From Macrostomum lignano (taxonomy: Eukaryota): a DNA stretch of 64,000 nucleotides. This document shows, piece by piece, positions 25,080 to 37,274 of this stretch. The stretch spans positions 1-64,000 of the forward strand of contig NIVC01002240.1 in the NCBI GenBank assembly GCA_002269645.1. The letters are read 5' to 3'. Every line of letters starts with the position of its first letter. The stretch's first letter is position 1. Under the pieces are notes generated by a model, which was not told where the DNA came from, ran no database searches, and saw only the letters and a program-made list of their open reading frames with translations. A program made the position numbers and the translations under genes.

Positions 25080-26287
25080 ACCTGAAGCACAGGAAGGCGA
25101 AGAAGACACAGATCAACAACAGGAAGAACTCGAAATATCTGCAAGCGAAATTTTCAATGATGCAGCGTAAGCAATGTTACATTTTTATCAGTTTGATAGA
25201 AGAAAGGACATACTAAGAAACAGTGCACCATTTAAGAACTTTAAATACAATTGTGAAATTTTTGCCGGCTATTAAAGCAGTTATTTTATGGTTCATAATT
25301 CCCTAAAACTAATTATAAGGCAATGTCTGATCAACGTAACTAAAAAACCACACAGATCGCAACGCAGCAGATCAACATACAGATCTACCATGCATGCCGT
25401 GCGTCACGCTCCGATCCTCGTCTCCGATGGGTTAGTACACATTGCCATACTTCAGGGGTCGGCAATTACTGCGGAAAAACTCCCACATACGGCCCGCGAA
25501 GCCTCTCTATCCGGCCCTCGGTTCTTTGAAACTTCACAACGGCAATGCGGCCCGGCCCGCTCAAGGCTTGTCTCTTCTCAGCTGTCTTTTCTTCTTTCTC
25601 TCCTCTCCTCTCTCTGGCTCGCAGTCATACGCTAGATTGTAAAGCTGGCCCGAAGTTTAAAGTTTGTCGAGCCCTGCCATGCTTCCAACAGTGTATAAGC
25701 AGAAACTTTATTTGGAATTACGGGCGCCCGTAACTCTTAGGGGCGCCAATATTTGACGGGCGCCCGTCTCTTGGTCGGTTATAGAGATTTATTATTAGAA
25801 CTGGATTTTGAATTCATGAATGCATTTATATGCTCGATTTCTTTGCAGAAATTTTATGCAAGAACCAGAACACGCGAACCAAGCAGGATCGCTGATATCC
25901 AGTCATCATCCCGTGTCTGTAGCTGAAAGGTTTGTCATCATTTGTAACTTCTTTTTCAATAAGATTGGGCTTTTATTTTCTTGCCACAAGTCTGGAACCC
26001 AGGTAAAATGTGGGCCGGGGCTGTACCAAAGCTTCTATTTTAAATGAGCAGACACACATGTAGCCCAAACTTAGACTTCAATACAGCAGTTTAACCTAGG
26101 ATTTGGCTGCGAACCATGAATTGGTTCAATCCCAAGAAAGCACTCCTGCTACAGAAATTACTAAAACTATGCATAGACTGGCTCGTGTGCAAACTATGGC
26201 TATTTTATAATTATCAACAGGGCCTCGACTGTGGCGTCGGCAAACCTAAGCGACACAAGGCACGATTCGCAGTCGATCGCATCCTAA
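25080..26287 (+). CDS. Small downstream exons of the ankyrin gene: 25080-25166, possibly 25356-25430, 25849-25929, 26221-26287 (stop)
   Basis: All have AG/GT boundaries and consistent phase 2. The spliced read-through is ...EAQQT-PEAQEGEEDTDQQQEELEISASEIFNDAA-(SQRSRS..VSDG)-NFMQEPEHANQAGSLISSHHPVSVAER-ASTVASANLSDTRHDSQSIAS-stop. Confidence 0.65.
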
Positions 26288-26880
26288 AGGTAAGATTATT
26301 ATCCCTAATGAATACAAAGTCAAACTCTTACGTTAGTATGAAAATGTAGACTTACACTCGCATGCTTTTTTCACCATTTTTCAGGACACAACCACAAATG
26401 ATCAGCTGACTGATGAAGAATAAACATTTGGAAATGCTTTGACTAAACTTTTCAAGCAGGAAATTGTCAAAATTAACTATAGAAGTGTTGTTTGATCGTT
26501 ATTTATATCCCAAATGAACTTACTCGAAAGAAACTTTTTGTAGTTGGGTAAATTTCTACAGATTTTAGTAGGACCTGACAAACTAATTAATCATTAATAA
26601 TTATATGGAATAACGCAAGAATGTTAAACAGGTTAAATTATTAGTAGACCAAACTATTTCAAAATTTCTAAGCAAAATTGAGACCCACTAAATTTTTACT
26701 ACGAAAAAACCGAAGATTCCTCGATAAAGATAAACTTTGATGTAGAATTCGGTAGTATAGAGACTTTAAAAGATATAGAAATACTTGCAAGTTGTACCCT
26801 ACCCTTTCTCTCTATATAGGACAACTCTACCTGTGTAGTCTCCATTTTTATACTTCATTAGTTAATACATTATTTACATT

Positions 26881-28130
26881 TTTTTATTAGAGGCAGGGGG
26901 GTTGTGTGCACCCTGGCGCACTTTAAGCGACATTGGCACACAACCGGCGAGAGGCATTACTGTCCATTCCGCCGACTCCCCTGAGCAGGCATACAAGCGC
27001 GCGGATACGTACGCAGGCACACACTCACACAGGAGTGTACAGTGGCCCAAACTTTATACGAGGGGTGTCCCAAGGGTTCCCGGAATGTCTAACGTAGCTC
27101 TTCAACAGAGCCATGAAATTTCACGCCCATGGTGTCAAATGAAAGGAAATTTTGTCACAAAGAATACAAAGTTAAAATCATGTAGTTGCTGAGATGCCAT
27201 GGCTCAATGGGGAGTTGCTGAGATGCCATGGCTCAATGGCATGTTGATATCTTTTTTTATTCAAGAGCTACAGCAAGAAACTTGCGCAAAGGTCAGGGGT
27301 AGTGTTACACAACCTCAACAATCTATGGCAATAATTTTTTCATCTCCATTTTTGGAGTTTTTCATTTTGAATTCATTCACAGCAGACTGGCCATCTCTAA
27401 AGCGTTCGATTAATCCGTAAATTGCAGTTTTTTTCAGGCTGTTCTCACCGTGGATGGAGAATAAGTGGTCAGAAATCTTGGCTCCACTCCATCCTACTGA
27501 CCAAAGGGCAAAAACTTGACTTCGCTGACTTTCAAGGCTCTGAAGAGAACTCATTTTCGCAAAGAAATTTCAAGTTGAAAGCAAGCGCTTGGTACGAATT
27601 ATCTGCACTCGCGCAAAAGCTCAGATTAGCTTTATGAGCATTTCTGCTTTTTCCATAGACACTACCACGTCTTTCTGACACGTCAGTAGCACGAATTGAA
27701 AATGAAAAACTCCAAAAATGGAGATGAAAAAATTATTGCCATAGATTGTTGAGGTTGTGTAACACTACCCCTGACCTTTGCGCAAGTTTCTTGCTGTAGC
27801 TCTTGAATAAAAAAAGATATCAACATGATTTTAACTTTGCATTCTTTGTGACAAAATTTCCTTTCATTTGACACCATGGGCGTGAAATTTCATGGCTCTG
27901 TTGAAGAGCTGCGTTGGACATTCCGGGAACTTTTGGGACACCCCTCGTATTATCGTTAGGCATGTACACTTCACTGCGCCTTGGGGGGTTGACTCTCAAG
28001 GCCGTTAATTGCACGAGCAGAGCCAAGCCGAGATTCCAATTTAGCCTCAAATTAATGTGACTGCACTTGGAATCGAGCCTGGGTCGCTGGCACACCAGAG
28101 CAGCTGCTCTACCGCTGGGCTACGGCCCCC
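26881..28130 (-). mobile_element. tRNA-derived SINE, copy 2, interrupted by a mariner derivative
   Basis: Reverse complement of 18003-18358, flanked by a 13 bp direct repeat CATTATTTACATT (26868-26880 and 28131-28143). Confidence 0.85.
27059..27947 (-). mobile_element. Non-autonomous mariner derivative (889 bp) with long TIRs
   Basis: TA duplication at 27057-58 and 27948-49. TIRs begin CGAGGGGTGTCCCAA and extend ~260 bp. The centre holds a minus-strand mariner HTH remnant (GAKISDHLFSIHGENSLKKTAIYGLIERFRDG). Confidence 0.88.
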
Positions 28131-28829
28131 CATTATTTACATTATTAAATTAGTTAATTAGTTACATTAATTAATACAATATTACAATATTTATACCAAA
28201 TCTATAATGGTGGTTGTTGTTGTGTGTCTATGTACGCTTTTTACACTAAACTATTTAATGCACTAATAACACATTATATATTTAATCACGTTTTAAACAA
28301 CACTGTATCAAAGCTGATTTTCTCAATAATACGGATATAAAATGCTGATGTTTTCTTTAACCGTCATAATTTGTCTTGTTGCACCGTTTTATCATTTTTT
28401 AATAAGGAATCATTATACCTTTTTATTACCCACTAAAACATTATTCGTTACCCGCTTAGTTGGCCTACAAAAACGATAAATTTTCTGTCTATGACAACTC
28501 TACTCTCTGTATGTGAATTCTCTACGTTTATAATTCATACGTTGTAGTGCACTATTATGATATTAATATCAAATATATAATATGGTTGTTGTTTTCTGTG
28601 CTTTTCCACTAAACTATTTAATCTACTAATATAACACATTTACATCCTATATTTACCTTAATATACTTAATCACGTTTAAACAACAAATATACAAAACGA
28701 CATGTATTCAAAACTGATTTATTGTTTGATAATAGCAAAATTAGGGATTTTTTCTACTGTTAAACTGTTTTTTTCTTTTTCTTCTTCTATTTCGAGCTTG
28801 GCTTTCAATTTGGCAGAATGCCGAAATTT

Positions 28830-29070
28830 CGGCAGGATGGAGAATGGCTGGCGAAGGACTTCGCCATATAGAGAACCACGGCCGAGACGATAATACACAG
28901 ATTGGGCACTAAAGACCGTGTTGCGTGGAGGCAACGAGGAGCCGCTGGAGACAAAATTTTACACCAGCAATGTTGATTGTTGAAGAGGAGAGGGACATTA
29001 AGGAGTGCATGAAGAAGAAGATGGAAGACGAAATTCCAGGTGCACCTGGAGTGTCGGTGCATCACAGATC
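28830..29070 (+). pseudogene. Degenerate Tc1/IS630-like transposase N-terminal HTH fragment
   Basis: LAKDFAI*RTTAETIIHRLGTKDRVAWRQRG followed by ...EDEIPGAPGVS; contains stops and frameshifts. Family assignment is from motif recall. Confidence 0.4.
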
Positions 29071-29089
29071 CTAGAATAACTGGATGGGC

Positions 29090-29485
29090 CACTCGGGCAT
29101 ATACTTAGCAAAATAGCTTTCTACTTTCAGTTCAGTAGCAAAGAAGAATACATAAGCTATTTTATAAAAATAAAGGCAGCTGAAATGACTTTGATAAGTT
29201 TAGATTTTAGAATCCCAAGCTTGCAGGCGTAAACAACTTGCTAATTGGTTCAGTAATATAAGTACGTATGTACATTAGCCAGTCCACTGAAATGTACATG
29301 GCAGCTTTAAGCTGGAATTCCAAGAAAGGCAATTAAAATTGGTGCAAGGCGGGGGTAGTTTCGAAATGCTCGATTGGGGGTTTAAGCTGGTGGGTAAGAG
29401 CCAATAAATGAGCCTTGGCTTTAAAAAGCATTAAAATGCTTCTGTTTAATTTACTACTGAACTGAAAGTAGCTTACACGCAAATG
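29090..29485. mobile_element. MITE-like dispersed repeat, copy 2
   Basis: Colinear with 3825-4215, with indels. Confidence 0.6.
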
Positions 29486-30182
29486 TGCGTTTGCATCTGT
29501 GATCTGTGATTTGCATCTAGTTATTCTAGCATCTGTGATGCAGACAGACAAGCAGCCGTCACCTCCACAGTTGACCATATTAGATAAATACCAAAATTCA
29601 AGTCACTTAAATTTGCCAAAAGTCTTAGATTTAAAAAAGTTATATACTTATGGCGTTATGCCATTTTGAAGGAAAAGTTTAGAGAAAACCGATATGCATT
29701 TATTTATTTAGTCAGCACACCAAATCATGCGCAAACCAATAAATGGATAGCCTAAAGCCCAGCATGATTAAGTCAAAAAGTCAAATTTATTATTAGTAAT
29801 ATATATTACTGGAGATAGGGGCGTACCCCTACACGCAGTGGCTAACAGTTGGATTCACTGGAAGCCGAGAATTGCAATACATCAACTAAAACACTGAAAG
29901 TGGTGAGATGATCAAGGCCAGCAAGAGTCAGTGCCAGGTGCCAAACAGTCTACAACATGCGCAATTGAATTATGAGTAAAAGACTGAATCTGAAATTGCT
30001 GATTGAAAAAAGACGCGGAATACAATAGTCAAAGCGAAACCATCACGATACAGAATACGATACCAACTATGAATTGGCAGACATTCAGAAATTAATTTTT
30101 CGTTAGGCATTAATAAAGATGAGAAAAAATGGGAGAAAATGCACTAAAACCGAGAGACGAATTAATGAGCTAGCTTAGTTAA

Positions 30183-33100
30183 TCAGTTGTTCTCATCGTC
30201 TGAGCTGTCCAGACTGATAACTATTGGCTCTGAGGGTCTTGGGGCAGCAGGGGCAGGCGGAGGAGGTTGGGGCTGCTGCGGCTGCTGAGCATTCGAAGGC
30301 GAGGCCGCCGCGTTCGCTGCAGCCGCCGGCGTTGCCGCCGCTACCGCCGCCCCATCGCCGTCCGTCAACTCATCGTCGCTCTCCGTCAGATCAAAATGAT
30401 TGACAGTGGCGGCTGCCGCCCTTCCATTCTGAGTCTCCGATCCAGCAGCAGCCGTGGCAGATGCCGAAGCAGCTGACGGATCCGACGCAGTCGACTTGGC
30501 CGCGGCGCCGCTGTCGGCCGCTGGATGGTCAGCCGAGTCGCGATCGACGGCTGCCGACCAGCTGCCGTCTGGCAGGAACTGCAGCCGCTCCAGCTCGGAG
30601 CTGGTCGGGCTGGACAGAACCTCCTGGCGAGCGAGTTGGGAATGCGTGCAGAATTATCTGACTTCAACTCGCTTTCAATCGTTTCTTCTGATACTCTAAT
30701 GCCATCTGGGAGATGCTTGCCATCTGGGAGATGCTTGCCATCTGGGGGATGCTTGCCATCTGGGGGATGCTTGCTAGGTGGGAGAAGCTTGCTATCTGGG
30801 AGATGCTTGCCATCTGGGGATGCTTGCCATCTGGGGGATGCTTGCTAGGTGGGAGAAGCTTGCTATCTGGGAGATGCTTGCCATCTGGGGGATGCTTGCC
30901 ATCTGGGGATGCTTGCTAGGTGGGGGAAGCTTGCTAGGTGGGGGAAGCTTGCTATCTGGGGGATGCTTGCTAGGTGGGAGAAGCTTGCTATCTGGGAGAT
31001 GCTTGCCATCTGGGGGATGCTTGCCATCTGGGGGATGCTTGCTAGGTGGGGGAAGCTTGCTATCTGGGGGATGCTTGCTATCTGGGAGATGCTTGCCATC
31101 TGGGGGATGCTTGCCAGGTGGGAGAAGCTTGCTATCTGGGAGATGCTTGCCATCTGGGGATGCTTGCCATCTGGGGATGCTTGCTAGGTGGGGGAAGCTT
31201 GCTATCTGGGAGATGCTTGCCATCTGGGGGATGCTTGCCATCTGGGGGATGCTTGCTAGGTGGGAGAAGCTTGCTATCTGGGAGATGCTTGCCATCTGGG
31301 GGATGCTTGCCATCTGGGGGATGCTTGCTAGGTGGGGGAAGCTTGCTATCTGGGAGATGCTTGCCATCTGGGGATGCTTGCTAGGTGGGGGATGCTTGCT
31401 AGGTGGGGGAAGCTTGCCATCTTGGGGATGCTTGCTATCTGGGGGATGCTTGCCATCTGGGGGATGCTTGCTAGGTGGGGGAAGCTTGCCATCTGGGGGA
31501 TGCTTGCTATCTGGGGGATGCTTGCCATCTGGGGGATGCTTGCTATTTGGGGATCAATGCTTGAATGCTGTCTGGGGATGCTTGCTGTCTTGGGATGTTT
31601 TTTTTTAGAGGGAATGTCTTGTTTTTTATGAAGGCTTTATTTCGCTGTCTATTTGTTATTTGTAAAGAACAAAGATTCTATCCAGATGCGCCCCATCGGG
31701 GGGCGAAGATTGCTTGTCTGATACTCTAATTGAGACTAAATTGGATTCATAGATTGAGTCTTCATCGGATGACAAAGACCTCATTCGTCTACGTCTGCCA
31801 ACTGATTTTTTTATTGTAGATTCCGTACCTTCAGCCTTCTTGTCAATGACGACTCGGACTTGAATTTATAGGACTACAGAAAGGAGCGATTACCTAGTTA
31901 CATAGACCAAGAAGCCTCATTGCAGTCAGTGCAGGTAACACAGGTAAAATAAGATAGAAGTGACTCTTAGACGACTCTAAAACAACCAGATGTCAAGGCA
32001 CAAGTCGCCAAAAGTCGATCGCATAAGAGTCAATTCGACTCTGAAACGACTCTGAGGCGTTCTTTCTGAATATAGCTGTCGCTCTAGTCGTTAAAAAGCA
32101 ACAAGAGTCGCCTCAGGGTCGCTAGTGAGTTATTTGAAATGACTCTTTTATCGATTCTTGTCACGGTAACAAGTTCAACGGGGTGCCTTCAACTCTTTTC
32201 AGTGCTGTTCGTGTCTACTGAGAAACTCTTGAACTTTCTATCCAAAGTGTTGCAACTATCGCTGATATAACTTACCTGAAAATAGGCATCAATATAGAGC
32301 TGGCCATAGGGCGACGGCTGGTCGCAGAACGGGCACTTCCACACGGGCTTCTTGGCATTCATAGCCAAGTAGGAGTAGGCATCGAAGCACTGCACATGAG
32401 AGCAGGCCTCCGATCGCATTGGCGTGCTCATGCGCATCTTGCCCAGCGGGCACTTCAACGAAGCCACCAGCTCAGTGACGGCCAGCTCGCAGTCGGACGG
32501 GCTCAGCTTCTCACGGATCATTGTTCGAGTGAAATCGGCCGCGCGAATGCCGCGATCCCGAATCCGATCGATCAGGTCAATCGGGGTCAGGGCGCGGACT
32601 AGGCAGATCTTTTGCGGGGTTTTATTGTTTTGTATATGAAATATGAATGTAATAACTATTATATACGATAATAGCAACATCAAGAAGAACAGGGCCGGGT
32701 GAGGGGTCACTGCCCTCTTACAGACATTTGATGAGATTATACTATAGTTTAACTACAGGGAAGCCTTCCATGAGAGGTCAATGGAGGTCATTTGCCCCCC
32801 CCACTCCGTAGTGAAAATGGTGATCGTGCTGCCTAGAAAGAAAAGATTAAGATCAGTGGAATTTTCGCCCACCCCAACGACAAAGTATGCTTGCCTAGTT
32901 GCCTATGGTTGCCTACTAACCCGCAGTTTTGTTTTCAGTTCGTATATGCAAATTAGTTTATTATTTAGTAGGCAAGGGGGATGGGCTATTCAGCTGCGTA
33001 CTAACCACAGCCTACTGTGCTTAACTTGCAGCGCTAATGTCCAATGTGGAGGGTGGCTACGGACAATGACTAGCAAGAGTTTTATCGAAAGATTTGAAAT

Positions 33101-36100
33101 TCGAAATAATGACTCACCTGTACACAATAACTAGCAGTAGAATCGTAATTATATCCCATCTGGAGTAGATTTGGCGTCTTAGGACTCAGCCGGCAAAGCG
33201 GTGTTAAATTAATTGGCCGGCCGGGCCGCTGCGGCTCAGCGTTGGGCTTGTTGGTGGGGATGACGGCAGGCAGGGTGACCGGCTGCTTGTTCACTCGGCA
33301 GGAGACCCCAGTTGGGAACACGTCCGACTGGGGACCGGGCTGGATCTTCAGGCAGCGCAACTGCACCTGCGGTATTGATTTTGTTCTATGGTAAATTACG
33401 ATTATTAATGATGTTCAGTCATACAGATGAGTCACCCGAGGCCAAAACAATCAGACTATCATGTTGGTAATTCAGCCCTGTCAATTCATCTCTTACCAAT
33501 TCGTGTTGGTAATTCAGCCCTGTCAATTCATCTCTTACCAATTCGTGTTGGTAATTCAGCCCTGTCAATTCATCTCTTACCAATTCATGTTGGTAATTCA
33601 GCCCTGTCAATTCATCTCTTACCAATTCATGTTGGTAATTCAGCCCTGTCAATTCATCTCTTACCAATTCATGTTGGTAATTCAGCCCTGTCAGTTCAAC
33701 TCTTACCAATTCATGTTGGTAATTCAGCCCTGTCAGTTCAACTCTTACCAATTCATGTTGGTAATTCAGCCCTGTCAGTTCAACTCTTACCAATTCGTGT
33801 TGGTTATTCAGCCCTGTCAGTTCAACTCTTACCGATTCATGTTGGTAATTCAACCCTGTCAGTTCAACTCTTACCAATTCATGTTGGTAATTCAGCCCTG
33901 TCAGTTCAACTCTTACCGATTCATGTTGGTAATTCAACCCTGTCAGTTCAACTCTTACCAATTCATGTTGGTAATTCAGCCCTGTCAGTTAAACTCTTAC
34001 CAATTAATGTTGGTAATTCAGCCCTGTCAGTTAAACTCTTACCAATTCATGTTGGTAATTCAGCCCTGTCAGTTAAACTCTTACCAATTCATGTTGGTAA
34101 TTCAGCCCTGTCAGTTAAACTCTTACCAATTCATGTTGGTAATTCAGCCCTGTCAATTCATCTCTTACCAATTAATGTTGGTAATTCAGCCCTGTCAGTT
34201 CAACTCTTACCAATTCATGTTGGTAATTCAGCCCTGTCAATTCATCTCTTACCAATTAATGTTGGTAATTCAGCCCTGTCAGTTCAACTCTTACCAATTC
34301 ATGTTGGTAATTCAGCCCTGTCAATTCATCTCTTACCAATTCATGTTGGTAATTCAGCCCTGTCAGTTCAACTCTTACCAATTCATGTTGGTAATTCAGC
34401 CTGTCAATTCAACTCTTACCAATACATGTTGGTAATTCAGCCCTGTCAGTTCAACTCTTACCAATTCATGTTGGTAATTCAGCCCTGTCAGTTCAACTCT
34501 TACCAATTCATGTTGGTAATTCAGCCTGTCAATTCAACTCTTACCAATTCATGTTGGTAATTCAGCCTGTCAATTCAACTCTTACCAATTCATGTTGGTA
34601 ATTCAGCCCTGTCAGTTCAACTCTTACCAATTCATGTTGGTAATTCAGCCCTGTCAGTTCAACTCTTACCAATTCATGTTGGTAATTCAGCCCTGTCAGT
34701 TCAACTCTTACCAATTCATGTTGGTAATTCAGCCTGTCAATTCAACTCTTACCAATTCATGTTGGTAATTCAGCCTGTCAATTCAACTCTTACCAATTCA
34801 TGTTGGTAATTCAGCCCTGTCAGTTCAACTCTTACCAATTCATGTTGGTAATTCAGCCCTGTCAGTTCAACTCTTACCAATTCATGTTGGTAATTCAGCC
34901 CTGTCAGTTCAACTCTTACCAATTCATGTTGGTAATTCAGCCCTGTCAATTCATATCTCACCAATTCATGATGGTAATCTGGGTGAATAGAGCTGGGTGA
35001 ACTGAAGCAATGCAGAGTTGTGTCTTGCTCAAGGACACAAATTGTTCCGAGTGAGTCAAGAATCGAACCCCTGACATTCAAGTCGTGAGTTCGACGCTCT
35101 GACCACTAGGCTACAAACTAGGCTTTCAACTCTTACCAATTCATCTTATTAACATTCTTAATGAGCATTAACGCAACTTACCTGCACAGGATACTCAATT
35201 CGATTAGTGCTGTCATTTATATACCGATTCATAGTGACCTGGTTGACCTGTTGCAGAGTTAAGTAGAATACGCAGTGCTGCTCTTGGGCTCGCTGGGTTA
35301 AGTTGGTTATCTGGGGGGGTATATTGGTACAGGAGGGGTGCATTTTATTATTTAAAACCTAAAATTTCGAAATGCCTATGCTTTTAATAGAAAGCCTAGA
35401 AGGATTAGGTGTAAAACTATCCTCTCTCCTCTTCTCTTCTCTCCTCCCCCCCCCCCTATCTCTCTCCTCTCTGCCCTCCTCTGACCTGCAGCTAGGTTCT
35501 CTGTCTGGTCCTTGAAGTAAAAAGTTACTCAACTGAGCTATGAACAAACTTGTTATGTTCTAATAAACATTTTCTTCACACCCTACTTACAGTAGAAGTA
35601 AAAGAATATTGCAAGTATATAACTAATTGTTTAGCCTGCCTAAATAGAGCCTAAAAGCCTGTCTCCAACATGCTAAATTAAAGAAAAATATCTGCAGTAG
35701 GCCCCAGTCTTTACCTGCAGACTGGTTGGCGGCATTATTGTCTCCAAGACGTCGTAGAATGGCATCAAATTGGCATCGGCGTTGTTGGCCTGCACTGGTG
35801 GATGATGCGGCAGGTTGCTGGGCGCCGGCGGCAGCGGCAGGCCGTTGGCGGTCAGCTGGCCCAACATGGCGGCGGCTGGCGGCCGCTGCTGGACTGGAGC
35901 GGCAACTACAGAGGATTCGGGGTTGGGTGTGATTGCCAGGTATGAGATTATTTCAGCCTGGGACGTCCGGAGTAGGTATAGGGTGCTTAGTTCCATACAG
36001 GAACAGGTGAGGAAGGGGTATTCTATTCAGTAAAATGACAAGAACAGGTGTGGAAGGGGTATTCTATTCAGTAAAAGGACAAGAACAGGTGTGGAAGGGG

Positions 36101-36790
36101 TATTCTACTCAGTAAAAGGACAAGAACAGGTGTGGAAGGGGTATTTTATTCAGTAAAAGGACAAGAACAGGTGTGGAAGGGGTATTCTATTCAGTAAAAG
36201 GACAAGAACAGGTGTGAAGGGGGTATTTTATTCAGTAAAAGGACAAGAACAGGTGTGGAAGGGGTATTCTACTCAGTAAAATGACAAGAACAGGTGTGGA
36301 AGGGGTATTCTACTCAGTAAAAGGACAAGAACAGGTGTGGAAGGGGGTATTTTATTCAGTAAAAGGACAAGAACAGGTGTGGAAGGTGGTATTTTATTCA
36401 GTAAAAGGACAAGAACAGGTGTGGAAGGGGGTATTTTATTCAGTAAAAGGACAAGAACAGGTGTGGAAGGTGGTATTTTATTCAGTAAAAGGACAAGAAC
36501 AGGTGTGGAAGGGGTATTTAATCAAAGGATAGACAGGTAGAATGCTAAATTTGCTGCAGCATAGTAATGAATAGATGGCAAGTGGTTGTTAATTAGAATC
36601 AGAATAGTATTTGACATTAAAAGCAAACAACAAAGCTAGCTTACTTACTAGGTTGAATGGTGGGAGGGTTAACAAGTCTAAGTGAATTGGTAGGTCTTGG
36701 CGCAATATTGCTAAAAGAAACACCAGAAGCTGCCATTTGTGAGGCAGAATTAGATGCTGAATCCAAAATAAGGCATGTTGCTGAAATGTT
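30183..36790 (-). CDS. PIAS: PIAS-family SUMO E3 ligase (PINIT + SP-RING/zf-MIZ + C-terminal SIM), multi-exon
   Basis: Exons at ~35711-35970 (MPFYDVLETIMPPTSL), ~35178-35320 (VFYLTLQQVNQV..IEYPVQ), ~33134-33366 (VQLRCL..SDVFPTGVSCRVN..RPGRPINLT), ~32277-32605 (SLKCPLGKMRMSTPMRSEACSHVQCFD..WKCPFC), ~31718-31850 and 30183-30688 ending EPIVISLDSSDDENN. Probable first exon ~36648-36790 (MAASGVSF..). Exact model is uncertain. Confidence 0.88.
30701..31610. repeat. 17-20 bp GC-rich minisatellite (GGGATGCTTGCCATCTG / GGGAAGCTTGCTATCTG)
   Basis: Directly visible. It lies within a 1030 bp segment bounded by the direct repeat CTGATACTCTAAT (30688-30700 and 31718-31730). Confidence 0.95.
33455..34975. 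repeat. 42 bp minisatellite (CATGTTGGTAATTCAGCCCTGTCAGTTCAACTCTTACCAATT), ~36 units, in a PIAS intron
   Basis: Directly visible. The 42 bp unit keeps several frames open and produces spurious ORFs. Confidence 0.97.
34980..35113 (-). mobile_element. Second tRNA-derived SINE family remnant with a CORE-like motif
   Basis: Minus strand reads TAGCCTAGTGGTCAGAGCG..GGGGTTCGATTC (A/B boxes), then GTGTCCTTGAGCAAGACAC, which resembles the CORE-SINE motif. Confidence 0.6.
36000..36520. repeat. 41-42 bp minisatellite (TTCAGTAAAAGGACAAGAACAGGTGTGGAAGGGGTATTCTA) in a PIAS intron
   Basis: About 12 tandem units visible. Confidence 0.95.
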
Positions 36791-37274
36791 TCATTGGGAG
36801 GCTAACATATAAAGTTATTTCAAAGCTCAAAATCTGTAATATATAGAATTCAAAATTATTAGCTTATGCCTATTAATGTCTATAATTTAGGTAAAATTCT
36901 TTTAATTTTATTATTTTAGTTTATTACAATTAATATTCTAGAATTATTCTAGAAGTGTGTAGTATCCTTATATAATAGTTATATGCCTTAATGATTAAAT
37001 ATAGCTTTTGTAGTTTATTTAGTCTTTAAATAAACATTGAATTTAAGCTAAGATATATTTGCTGAAGGGTTGCCAGTGATTTTGTGTACTGCCATTTTTT
37101 CTGCTAATATTCATAGAGAGTCATTTCATTTGCCAATTTGGCCATTGTCTCTGCAATAAAAATTTTCAGGCTTATAATTCAAGATATGGCAGTATTAAGC
37201 TGTAGCATTCAGAACTCTAAATAAAGATTTTTAGACTATATTTAATCCCTTCCAATGATGTATATATGTACTTA

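Noticed and set aside
33419-35081. 324-377 aa repetitive ORFs (and similar ORFs at 4775-6008, 30713-31631, 36281-36540, 40906-42665, 51297-51944 and 59008-59667)
   Set aside because: They are by-products of stop-free tandem units, several lie inside introns bounded by clear splice sites, and they are open in multiple frames.
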